Shown piece after piece: positions 28,496-37,513 of a stretch of DNA of 64,000 nucleotides (positions are counted from its first letter, which is position 1; every line of letters begins with the position of its first letter). The DNA is from Calditrichia bacterium. Its GTDB lineage: Bacteria > Calditrichota > Calditrichia > RBG-13-44-9 > J075. A model generated the notes under the pieces. The model had not been told where the DNA came from. It saw only the letters and a list, made by a program, of their open reading frames with translations, and searched no databases. Both the position numbers and the translations under genes were made by a program. The stretch spans positions 1-64,000 of the forward strand of contig JBOEGD010000011.1 of NCBI GenBank assembly GCA_050633245.1, written 5' to 3'.

Positions 28496-30402
28496 GACTT
28501 TATACCCTTTTTGTCGTTGAAGTCTTTAAAATCCTCGACCAGAGTCGTTGGATCCCAACCAAGATCACTGCTTTCATATTTATCTTCAGCCTCCGCCTGG
28601 ATAAGTTGTTCCAGTGCCTTAATTCGCTCTCTGGCTCCAATAATCAACGCGTTCTCGTCATGTCGCATTTCTGCCAGTTCACGTAGAAAACGCTCGTCAT
28701 GTTTTCGGAATGTTTTTGCGGCGCGTGACGTTTGGTGTCTCCGAAAACCCAGGCAAGCCAAAGCGTCTGCCCCCATTCGCAGACTGCTGTCCAGCGTTTC
28801 GCGATAGACATTGGCAACTCCCATATCCAGTACATCATAGCTATCGCTCCAGCCGCGTGTTCGTGCAAGAATTTGCAAATGCGGAAAATTCTTCTTTGCC
28901 GTCTCAATAATTTCCTGAGTTTTGGCAGGTTCATTTACGGCGACCACGATCAGCTTTGCCTCCTCAGCACCGGCTGCGTGTAGTAAGTCTGCACGTGAGG
29001 CATCTCCATAGAATACCTCCAGCCCCATCTTGCGTAGTAAATCGACGTTGTCTGGGTCGACATCGAGATAGGTGGATTGAACACCATTAGACTGCAATAA
29101 CCTGCCAACTGTGCTTCCATAGCGTCCGAAGCCAGCGATAATAACGGAGTTGCGTTCTTCCATTTTATCGGTTTCTCGCTCGCTACTCTCCGTTGTTCCA
29201 AAGCGTGGCTGAATGAACATTTCATTGACTAACATCAAGAGTGGTGTAAGGGCCATTGAGATGGCAACAACCGCAATTAATGGGTTTGCTACATCCGGTG
29301 TCACAATGCCATTTTGTGTTGCGAAGGAGAAGAGCACAAATCCAAACTCGCCGCCTTGCGCCAGGGAGAATGAAAAAAGAAAGCCATTGTCCAATCCCAT
29401 TTTGGAGAACTTCGATAAGGCAAACAATACGCCAAACTTAATGAGGATGAGTAATCCAACTAGTGCAAAAATCGTTTGCGGCATTTCTGCGATCAGGTTA
29501 AAGTCTATAGATGCACCAACGGCAATAAAGAAAAGCCCGAGCAGCAGCCCCTTGAAGGGATCGATATCCGTTTCAAGCTCATGCCTGTATTCACTCTGCG
29601 CCAGCGTGACACCTGCCAGGAATGTTCCCAGTGCCGGACTAAGCCCAACCTGTGTCATCAATACCGCAATTGCAACGACCAGCAAGAGGGCAGAAGCAGT
29701 AAACATTTCTCGCAGCCTGAGTTTGGCTATCATTCGGAAAAATGGGCCAATTAAAAACTGACCCAGCAAAATTATACCACCTACAGCCATGAGTACGGCC
29801 ATAGTCTGTCCCCATATAGGCAGATGGCTTATAAACGTGTCGTGGTGAGCGTCGCCGACACTTGCGACCTCATAGATCGCAAGTAGTGGTAAAAGCGCGA
29901 GAATCGGAATGACGGCAATATCCTGAAATAGCAGAACCGAAAAAGCGTTTCGCCCGCCAGTGGTGTCCATTAACCCTTTTTCTTTAAGGGATTGCAAAAC
30001 AATAGCAGTTGAGGAAAGGGCCAAAATTAATCCAATGGCAAGAGCTGTTTGCCAAGGTAAGCCAAAAGCCAACCCTGCTGCCGCGATCAGTAATGTAGTC
30101 AGACCAACCTGAATTCCACCGCTACCCAAGATGGGGGCACGCATCCGCCAGATCATACTTGGCTCGAGCTCGAGTCCTATTAAAAAGAGCATCATCACTA
30201 CGCCGAACTCAGCAAAGTGCATAATGTCCTGACCTTCAGCCCCCACAAAACCCAGGGCGAAGGGACCAATCAAAATTCCGGCAATCAGGTATCCAAGCAC
30301 CGATCCGAGCCCAAGCTTTTTTGCTACAGGAACGGAAACGACTGCTGCTGCCAGATATACTAATGCCTGATAAAAAAATCCGCCTTCATGCATCGTTTCC
30401 AT
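28492..30402 (-). CDS. kefC: KefB/KefC-type K+/H+ antiporter (CPA2 + TrkA-N)
   Basis: 'GLGSVLGYL.AG', 'AEFGVV..LF.IGLEL', 'LLFQD.AVIP', 'YRHELETDIDPFKGLLLGLFF', 'IAGFGR.G', 'GDA'; alternative start 30393. Confidence 0.9.
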   Translation of the reverse strand: METMHEGGFFYQALVYLAAAVVSVPVAKKLGLGSVLGYLIAGILIGPFALGFVGAEGQDIMHFAEFGVVMMLFLIGLELEPSMIWRMRAPILGSGGIQVGLTTLLIAAAGLAFGLPWQTALAIGLILALSSTAIVLQSLKEKGLMDTTGGRNAFSVLLFQDIAVIPILALLPLLAIYEVASVGDAHHDTFISHLPIWGQTMAVLMAVGGIILLGQFLIGPFFRMIAKLRLREMFTASALLLVVAIAVLMTQVGLSPALGTFLAGVTLAQSEYRHELETDIDPFKGLLLGLFFIAVGASIDFNLIAEMPQTIFALVGLLILIKFGVLFALSKFSKMGLDNGFLFSFSLAQGGEFGFVLFSFATQNGIVTPDVANPLIAVVAISMALTPLLMLVNEMFIQPRFGTTESSERETDKMEERNSVIIAGFGRYGSTVGRLLQSNGVQSTYLDVDPDNVDLLRKMGLEVFYGDASRADLLHAAGAEEAKLIVVAVNEPAKTQEIIETAKKNFPHLQILARTRGWSDSYDVLDMGVANVYRETLDSSLRMGADALACLGFRRHQTSRAAKTFRKHDERFLRELAEMRHDENALIIGARERIKALEQLIQAEAEDKYESSDLGWDPTTLVEDFKDFNDKKGIKS

Positions 30403-30991
30403 CTCCTTTAAATAAGTCGTTCATATAGGCTGCACTCTGCAATGTTGAAAGAGGAAGCTCATCTTCAACCAACCTTTTCAACAGCTTTAGATATTGCGCT
30501 TTGAAAGTCGTTACTTTAGTTGTTGTACAGGAATGTGTGCCGTGTAAAACCATCGGAGCAAGGTAGTGCATCTTGCACAAAATTGCGGTCCGTTCAATTG
30601 GCTGTAGGAATTCTCTTATAGTATATTGGTTAAAGCCCTCGGCGTTATAAGACTCTTTTCCGCCTCCTGCAGTCATCGCATTCATTAACCATTTCCCGGC
30701 TAAGGCTTTACCTTCACTACCGTATGCCCACCCATGCTCGAGAACGAGATCCTGCCATTCCTTTAGAATCGCTGGTGTGCTGTACCAATAGAAGGGATGT
30801 TGGAAAATTATGATATCGTGTTCGAGTAAGAGCTGTTGCTCTTCCTGAACGTCGATATTGAAATCCGGGTAAAGCTCATAGAGATCGCGAAATGTCACGT
30901 TCTCTAAATTATCCAAGTCTGCGATAATCTGCTTATTAATGCGAGACTTTTCCAGCGCCGGATGAGCAAAAAGAATTAGTATCTTTTTCAC
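30386..30991 (-). CDS. kefG: KefF/KefG-type flavodoxin-fold NAD(P)H oxidoreductase
   Basis: Likely GTG start 30991 with AGGA RBS; 'ILILFAHP..EKSRIN', 'DLYELYPDF.IDV..EQ', 'QHPFYWYSTP..LKEW.D.VL..GWAYG'; overlaps the kefC start. Confidence 0.88.
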   Translation of the reverse strand: MKKILILFAHPALEKSRINKQIIADLDNLENVTFRDLYELYPDFNIDVQEEQQLLLEHDIIIFQHPFYWYSTPAILKEWQDLVLEHGWAYGSEGKALAGKWLMNAMTAGGGKESYNAEGFNQYTIREFLQPIERTAILCKMHYLAPMVLHGTHSCTTTKVTTFKAQYLKLLKRLVEDELPLSTLQSAAYMNDLFKGDGNDA

Positions 30992-31116
30992 AAGTATGTC
31001 CTGCCAGTGGTGTGATTTCGTATGAAATTGTTTGCTATATGATGGTGAACAGGTAAAAGGGTTACAAATGTCTGTCGCTTGTGGCCAATCAAATGACCAC
31101 AAGCGACGCGAAGCTG

Positions 31117-34100
31117 CTAAGGCAAGTCCTGTCCTTCAATCCAGGGTGCTCCCGCAGCCTGGAGTGCTTTCTCAAACTTCGGCAGCCTGGAGTTTAGAAT
31201 GGATTCAAGCTGCTTTTTAAGCGTTAGAAAATCTTTTTCGGCAATGCCCATGCTGTTACTATGTGCCTCTGTTGGGCCATAAGTTGAGTAAAAGGTCCCG
31301 ATAGAAGCAAAGCCAATTCGATCGCTGATGGTATCGGGATATTTTTCGCCAATCTGCTGTTTGCTGCGATGCCCGTTCATCTTGAAATCTATATCGAGCA
31401 GACTTTGGCGTATTTCTTCCAACTGAGTACTGAGCTTGTCTCCGTCTGCAAGTGAGCGCTCGAGCGCACGTTTTAGAACGCTGCTGCGTTTAAGCGCGGA
31501 CTTTAACGCCATCGATGCTGCTGTTGTTGAACGCTGAAGTGTTGCAATACGCTTCCAGAAAGCAGCGGCTTTTACCGGAGTTGCGCCTGGCAGAGCTCCT
31601 TTGCGCATCGGTACAACATCGAATTCCTGTGGGCCGTCCAGCTGAGTCATTTTGCCGTCTGCTTCCTTAAAAAGAGTAACGCTGTATTTTCCAGGTGCGG
31701 CCAGAACGCCTTGCGGCTTACGGTTCGGATTTGGCTTTGCATGCATGTTTATGGCGTTTGCTGCCGGAAAGCGTAAGTCCCAGGCAATGCGATGAAAGCC
31801 TTTTTTTGTCGGACCACTGATTCTTCGCACAATATTGTTATCGCTATCTCGCACAACCAGCCAGATGTGCTTTTTTGCTTCTCTTCGCTCGCTTTCCAGC
31901 TCGTTCCAGGCAGGGACTTTTCCACCACCTTTTGTTAAATTGAGCTGTTTCTCTCGTTCTTTGCGTATCTCTTCCTTGCTACTAAGATTTTCTGCAAGGT
32001 GATAGGTAAAGACCGCCCCAAAGGGTGGATTTGGTGCAGTGTAATATCCTGCTCCCTGTGAACCCTTACTGCTGAAGGAAAGAACCGGTCTGGTGATATA
32101 CCACCATGCTTTTCGAGTAGAATACAGGCTGCCGGGTTTGTTCAGCGAAGCGGCATCGATTTCGCGTAAAACACTATAGTCATCGAACACATAAAATCCA
32201 CGACCGAACGATGCTCCGACTAAATCATTCTCACGCTTTTGAATTGCAAGATCGCGGAAGGATATGGTAGGAACACCACCGCTTAGCTTAGCCCAGGATC
32301 TTCCGGCATCCAGGCTGGTAAAAATTGCGAACTCCGTTGCAGCAAAAAGCAGCTCTGCTTTTTCATGATCCTGCACGATTCGCCATACAAGATGCTTGTC
32401 AGGCAAATTTGCGCGAATACTTCGCCAGGTTTTTCCGCGATTTGTACTTTTGAAAAGATAAGGCTTGAAATCACCATACTTGTGATTGTCCATTGCCAGA
32501 TATACGGTATTGGCGTCGTGAAGATCAGCCTTGATGTCGTTTACGAATGCCGTTGCAGGCACTCCTTTAATGCTGCCAACCTCAATCTTTCGCCAGGATT
32601 TGCCGTTGTTCTCGCTTACCTGAACCAAACCATCATCCGTTCCGGCATAAATAAGCCCCTCGGCCAGTGGTGATACGGCCAATGAGGTAATGGTGTTATA
32701 GGTAGACATTGCATAAAGATCCCACGGTGCATCCCAACCCCATGTTGTTCCCATAATGGGCAAATTTACACGCTCTTGATTACGCGTGAGGTCTCCGGAA
32801 AGTGCCGTCCAGGTGTCGCCGCGATTATCGGAACGCCAGACTCGCTGAGAAGCAAAATATATTGTAGTAGGGGAGTGTGGGCTTACCAAAATCGGTGCAT
32901 CCCAATTAAAACGCTCTGCCGATGCTCCTTCTTCTGCCTGCGGCTGAATATAGACAAACTCTCCGGTGGTACGATCTACACGAACCAGGTTACCTTGCTG
33001 CCACTCGGAATAAATGATGTCGGGGTTTCCAGGTTCCGTTGCCGGTTGATGACCGTCGCCAAAAAGAGTAATATACCAATCGGAATTACGGATACCGTGA
33101 AAGTTATCCGTTCGGGATGGACCACCCTGAGTGTTGTTGTCCTGAGTTCCACCGTAGATATTGTAGAATGGCTCAGCATCATCAACCGCAAGCTTGTAGT
33201 ATTGTGTTACAGGCAGATTGTCAATAAAACTCCAATTTTCGGCAAGATCAAAACTTTCATAAATCCCGCCGTCTGTTCCGGCAAGTAGATAGTCGGGGTC
33301 ATCTTTGCGAAAGGTAAGCGAGTGGTTATCAGAATGCTTATGCTTTTCTTTTAAGGTTCGAAACGTTTTTCCACCATCATCAGAGACTTTAAAACGAACA
33401 TTGGCTAAGTAGATGCGATCGAACGCATGCGGTGAGGCATAGAGCTCCTGATAATAGTGAGGGCCGGTTCCACCGGAAACAGTATCTGACATTTTTTTCC
33501 AGGATGCGCCACGATTTGCAGAGCGATAGACTGCTCCTTTGCGACGATCCAGCTCAATTGCTGCATAAAGAACGTCCGGGTTTTGCGGAGAAATTGCCAG
33601 ACCGATTTTGCCCATGTTTGATGATGGAAGTCCCTTCTTTAGCTTCGTCCAGCTGTCTCCGGCATCTGTTGAGGAATAAAGAGCTGTGCCGGGGCCACCA
33701 CCCATAAGTGCGGCAACATTACGATGTCGTTGCCAGGTAGCTGCATATAGCACATCGGGATTCCTTGGATCTATCTCCAATTCGGTAGCGCCAATCCACT
33801 GATTGTCGCCAAGTACGCGCTTCCAGGTCTTACCACCATTAATCGTTTTGTAAACGCCACGCTCACCACCGGCAGACCAAAGTGGTCCCTGTGATGCGAC
33901 CCAAATAACATCTGAGTTCTCGGGGTGAATTACTATTTTTGAGATATGTTCAGAGTTTTTCAGCCCCATGTTCTTCCAGGATTTTCCGCCATCGCTACTT
34001 TTGTATATTCCGTCTCCATAGCCGACATGTCGTCCACCAACATTCTCTCCGGTACCAACCCAAATTGTATGTGGGTTCTGTTGATCTATTGAAATACATC

Positions 34101-34389
34101 CGATGGAGTAGGACGATTGTTTATCAAAAATTGGTTTCCAGGTATTGCCTGCGTTACGCGTCAGCCAGACGCCGCCGGACCCTACTGCGACATACCAGAC
34201 ATTATCGTCCTCCGGGTGAATAGCGATGTCGGCGATCCGTCCAGACATAAATGCCGGACCGATGCCACGAAGTTTTAAGCCCTGAAGTGTTGTATCGCTG
34301 ACAATGGGTTTCTGCGCAAATGCCACAGCTGTCAGTGCAAAAAGCCCTATTAACAAAAATTTTAGTGAATTGGTAAGAGCGTAAGTCAT
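31117..34389 (-). CDS. Exported VPS10/BNR (Asp-box) beta-propeller 'glycosyl hydrolase'-family protein
   Basis: 'RGIGPAFMSGRIADIA', many S.D.G.TW Asp-boxes, 'GGTQDN', 'RFNWDAP', 'PNPPFGA'; start ATG 34389 with AAGGA. Confidence 0.85.
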   Translation of the reverse strand: MTYALTNSLKFLLIGLFALTAVAFAQKPIVSDTTLQGLKLRGIGPAFMSGRIADIAIHPEDDNVWYVAVGSGGVWLTRNAGNTWKPIFDKQSSYSIGCISIDQQNPHTIWVGTGENVGGRHVGYGDGIYKSSDGGKSWKNMGLKNSEHISKIVIHPENSDVIWVASQGPLWSAGGERGVYKTINGGKTWKRVLGDNQWIGATELEIDPRNPDVLYAATWQRHRNVAALMGGGPGTALYSSTDAGDSWTKLKKGLPSSNMGKIGLAISPQNPDVLYAAIELDRRKGAVYRSANRGASWKKMSDTVSGGTGPHYYQELYASPHAFDRIYLANVRFKVSDDGGKTFRTLKEKHKHSDNHSLTFRKDDPDYLLAGTDGGIYESFDLAENWSFIDNLPVTQYYKLAVDDAEPFYNIYGGTQDNNTQGGPSRTDNFHGIRNSDWYITLFGDGHQPATEPGNPDIIYSEWQQGNLVRVDRTTGEFVYIQPQAEEGASAERFNWDAPILVSPHSPTTIYFASQRVWRSDNRGDTWTALSGDLTRNQERVNLPIMGTTWGWDAPWDLYAMSTYNTITSLAVSPLAEGLIYAGTDDGLVQVSENNGKSWRKIEVGSIKGVPATAFVNDIKADLHDANTVYLAMDNHKYGDFKPYLFKSTNRGKTWRSIRANLPDKHLVWRIVQDHEKAELLFAATEFAIFTSLDAGRSWAKLSGGVPTISFRDLAIQKRENDLVGASFGRGFYVFDDYSVLREIDAASLNKPGSLYSTRKAWWYITRPVLSFSSKGSQGAGYYTAPNPPFGAVFTYHLAENLSSKEEIRKEREKQLNLTKGGGKVPAWNELESERREAKKHIWLVVRDSDNNIVRRISGPTKKGFHRIAWDLRFPAANAINMHAKPNPNRKPQGVLAAPGKYSVTLFKEADGKMTQLDGPQEFDVVPMRKGALPGATPVKAAAFWKRIATLQRSTTAASMALKSALKRSSVLKRALERSLADGDKLSTQLEEIRQSLLDIDFKMNGHRSKQQIGEKYPDTISDRIGFASIGTFYSTYGPTEAHSNSMGIAEKDFLTLKKQLESILNSRLPKFEKALQAAGAPWIEGQDLP

Positions 34390-34530
34390 GGCAATTCCTT
34401 TGGGATTGTGTTGGGTAGACATCTGGCTATTAGATAGAAAAGGTGTTGATTGTTTGAGAAGCTACCGCAAAAAAGTGTATCTGTCAAGTAAGAGACTGCC
34501 CGGATATTTCAGTTTTCTTTGCAAAGAATA

Positions 34531-34554
34531 AACCTTTTACATCAAACCAGCGTC
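34531..34554 (+). promoter_or_regulatory. ECF-sigma-type promoter candidate
   Basis: AAC-N17-CGTC ('aaccttttacatcaaaccagcgtctt') ~45 nt upstream of the S41 peptidase start. Confidence 0.45.
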
Positions 34555-34598
34555 TTAGTAATGAAAATGAACCTTAAGAAAGAATATGAGGAAGTCGA

Positions 34599-35984
34599 AT
34601 GTCTGTGAACGTGTTACTAAAGAGAAGCATTTCAATACTTGCAATACTGTTCTTTTGCGGAACAGTTTTGGCTCAGAATTCCAGTGTCAAATTGACGTCT
34701 GAAGAGCAGCAAGCTGTTGTGGAACGCATTAGCGAAATGTTATTGGAGAATTATGTGTTCCCCGATATCGCTAAAAAAAATGTCGCATATCTCCAGGAGC
34801 AGCTGAAACGAGAAAGTTATAAGAGCGTGACTGCCCCGGAAGATTTCGCCAGGCAGCTTACTGAAGATTTGCAGCACATCAATAAGGATAAACACATGCG
34901 TGTCCGAATGCGTAAGCCCGAACGCGCTGCGCTCGAAGAATCCGATCCACTACTTGCCCGACTAAAAGCTGATATTCGTCGCAGCTCCAGAAACTATGGT
35001 TTCGAAAAAGTAGAGCGATTTGATAATAACGTCGGTTATGTCGATTTTCGCTATTTCGATGGTTCCCAAGAAGCGAAAAAGGTGGCAGCATCAACAATGC
35101 ACTTCCTTGCTGGTTCAGACGCCATTATTTTTGATATGCGTAAAAATGGCGGTGGAAATCCGGAAATGGTGCAGTTTATCTGTAGCTATTTCTTTGGAGA
35201 AAAAACGCATCTGAATAGTTTGTATTGGCGTGAGGGTGATGAAACACATGAGTTCTGGACATTGGACTCACTACCGGGGAAGCGTATGCCTGACGTGCCT
35301 TTGTTTGTTCTAACCAGCAAGCGCACTTTCTCCGGAGCGGAGGAATTCAGTTACAATTTTCAAACGCGGAAACGGGCAACACTCATTGGGGAGACAACCG
35401 GTGGTGGAGCAAATCCTGGAGGAACGGCGCCGATAAATCGCCAGTTTGAAATCTTTATTCCTACCGGTAAGGCAATTAATCCGGTTACCGGAACAAATTG
35501 GGAGGGCGTTGGCGTAAAACCGGATATTCCCGTTTTTGCAGATAGCGCGCTTAGCGTTGCTCTAAGGCATGCAAAGGTCGCTGCAACGGAGTTTGCAGCT
35601 AGGAAAGAGGCTGCATTGCTGGCCAAGGTAGAGCAATTTCGTGCAGACCTTGCCGCATCCGAGAAGAATGCTGAGAACCGCAAACAGATGGTAAATACTG
35701 CTCTTCAGGGAGCGCTGGATGCGAAGTTTATGCGCGAACGAGATATCAATCAGTTAGGCTATCAATACCTGGCAGATGAAACCTTCGAGATGGCTATTCA
35801 GGTATTTATATTTAATACTGAGGCATTTCCGCGGTCGGCAAATACCTATGACAGTCTTGGTGAGGCATATATGTTGTCTGGAGACAAGCCTAATGCCATA
35901 AATAACTACAAACGCTCGCTTGAACTCGACCCGGCAAATGGCAACGCCGTGAATATGTTAAAACAGATGGGTGCAAAGCTTTAG
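34599..35984 (+). CDS. S41 (IRBP-like) peptidase with C-terminal TPR
   Basis: 'YVFPD', 'DKHMR', 'DMRKNGGG', 'TFSGAEEF.Y', 'GETTGGGANP', 'NWEGVGVKPD'; TPR 'NTYDSLGEAY..AINNYKRSLELDP'. Confidence 0.92.
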   Translation: MSVNVLLKRSISILAILFFCGTVLAQNSSVKLTSEEQQAVVERISEMLLENYVFPDIAKKNVAYLQEQLKRESYKSVTAPEDFARQLTEDLQHINKDKHMRVRMRKPERAALEESDPLLARLKADIRRSSRNYGFEKVERFDNNVGYVDFRYFDGSQEAKKVAASTMHFLAGSDAIIFDMRKNGGGNPEMVQFICSYFFGEKTHLNSLYWREGDETHEFWTLDSLPGKRMPDVPLFVLTSKRTFSGAEEFSYNFQTRKRATLIGETTGGGANPGGTAPINRQFEIFIPTGKAINPVTGTNWEGVGVKPDIPVFADSALSVALRHAKVAATEFAARKEAALLAKVEQFRADLAASEKNAENRKQMVNTALQGALDAKFMRERDINQLGYQYLADETFEMAIQVFIFNTEAFPRSANTYDSLGEAYMLSGDKPNAINNYKRSLELDPANGNAVNMLKQMGAKL

Positions 35985-35990
35985 GGAGTC

Positions 35991-36025
35991 TTTCCAGCTG
36001 CTCTGCCAAGCAGGGCAGCTGGAAA
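35991..36025. terminator. Bidirectional terminator between convergent genes
   Basis: TTTCCAGCTGCTCTGC-CAA-GCAGGGCAGCTGGAAA hairpin between stops at 35984 and 36042. Confidence 0.8.
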
Positions 36026-36041
36026 ATAATTGCACTGAGTC

Positions 36042-37322
36042 TTATTCACCGTTCAATTTTTTTGTTGCTTTCTCGATGCGTTTATTGGCATCCTTAACGG
36101 CACCGGAATTCGGGAAGTTGTCGACTACCCTTTGATAATAATCGATCGCTTTCTGATAATCCTTCAGTTTGTCTTCTACCAGCTTTCCGGCATCGATAAG
36201 GCGATCCGGACCCTTTATATATTCCGGATATGCCTCGGCAATTCTGGCCAGAGCAACAGCCGCATTTTCATAATCTTCAAGATCGTTCTTGTAAAGGTCG
36301 GCAACCTCTTCTAGAGCCTCCGGCCCTCTTTCGCTTCCCGGAAAGCTTGCCAGCAGATTGTTATATGCTGCAATCGCTTGCTGAGGGTCTTTTTTCTTCT
36401 TCTCGTAAAGTTGACCAACACGCCATAGTGCTTCTGCTCCATTTGCATTGGTGGGATATCGTTCAACAAGCTGTTGATAGTCCAGAATGGCGCCATCGTA
36501 GTTCTTTTGCTTTTTTTCCTTAATTTCTGCGATTGCGAAGGTTGCATCTCCAACTAAATCGGAAGAGGGATAATTTGAAACCATTTCATTGAGATAGGAC
36601 AACCCCTTTTCGTGCTTCCGCAGGTTTTTATAATGAAGCATGCCTTGCTTGTAGCGAATATCTGCCATTTTGGGACTGTCGGCAAAGATGCGGCCGAATT
36701 TCTGATATGTCGTATTCGCTTCTGCATAATCTTTGCTGGCAGTGAAAAAATCAGCCATCCACAATACGGTCTGGGCATGTCGGTTGTCTTTTGGAAAGCG
36801 GCGAATAAAGTCGCGACATGCAGCAATTCCGCTGTCTTTCAAACCACCCTTTTGCAACTTAACCAATACTTCGAGATAGCGATAATAAGAATCAGCGGTG
36901 CTCATTCCACCTTTATCTTCATCAATAATTTCGAGCAGATATGCTTGATCGTTGCGGTAGCCTCGTTCATTGGCAACCAAACGTCGCAGGTCATCGACAT
37001 TTGCTTTAATTGCTGCAGATGAAGGATAGAGATAGATCATCTTCAAATAAGCGGCAAGAGCTTCATGTTCTTTGCCCTTTTTGTTGAAGACGCTTGCCAG
37101 CATAAACTGAGCCCTGCCTGAATTCTGATCGTCAGGAAAAAGCAACAAAAAATAGTTGAGCTCGTCAATTAAGATATTCTGAAGCGAATTCTGATGCTCA
37201 TTAAATGTCTCCTCCAAATACTTGAAGTAGGCAGATGGATTGTATTGAGCCTGGAGTGTGGTGTTTGTGAGTAGGAAGGTTAGGAATAAAAACATTACCT
37301 TCTTAAATAGTTTGCGATGCAT
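36042..37322 (-). CDS. Exported TPR protein (BamD/CpoB-like repeats), paralog 1
   Basis: Start 37322 (GGAG); signal peptide then 'QYNPSAYFKYLEETFN'; repeated 'Y..L...YP.S....A...IA..Y' units. Confidence 0.85.
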   Translation of the reverse strand: MHRKLFKKVMFLFLTFLLTNTTLQAQYNPSAYFKYLEETFNEHQNSLQNILIDELNYFLLLFPDDQNSGRAQFMLASVFNKKGKEHEALAAYLKMIYLYPSSAAIKANVDDLRRLVANERGYRNDQAYLLEIIDEDKGGMSTADSYYRYLEVLVKLQKGGLKDSGIAACRDFIRRFPKDNRHAQTVLWMADFFTASKDYAEANTTYQKFGRIFADSPKMADIRYKQGMLHYKNLRKHEKGLSYLNEMVSNYPSSDLVGDATFAIAEIKEKKQKNYDGAILDYQQLVERYPTNANGAEALWRVGQLYEKKKKDPQQAIAAYNNLLASFPGSERGPEALEEVADLYKNDLEDYENAAVALARIAEAYPEYIKGPDRLIDAGKLVEDKLKDYQKAIDYYQRVVDNFPNSGAVKDANKRIEKATKKLNGE

Positions 37323-37513
37323 ATTCTCCTCCACAGAAAAATTCATACATATTGGTTTGCCTTTAGTCGATAAAAGTCAATAACACTTCGACTGCTGATA
37401 AGGTATGAAAAAGAAATCGTCAGAGCCAGTGTCGGCAATAATTCTTGCGCTAATTGCATCTGAGCTTTACTTTATATCTTCCTTAAGTCCTTTACCGAAC
37501 AATGGAGACCCCC

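Noticed and set aside
17799-33288. Longer antisense ORFs (17799-18389, 29213-29761, 32776-33288)
   Set aside because: They lie wholly opposite well-supported genes and have no motifs.
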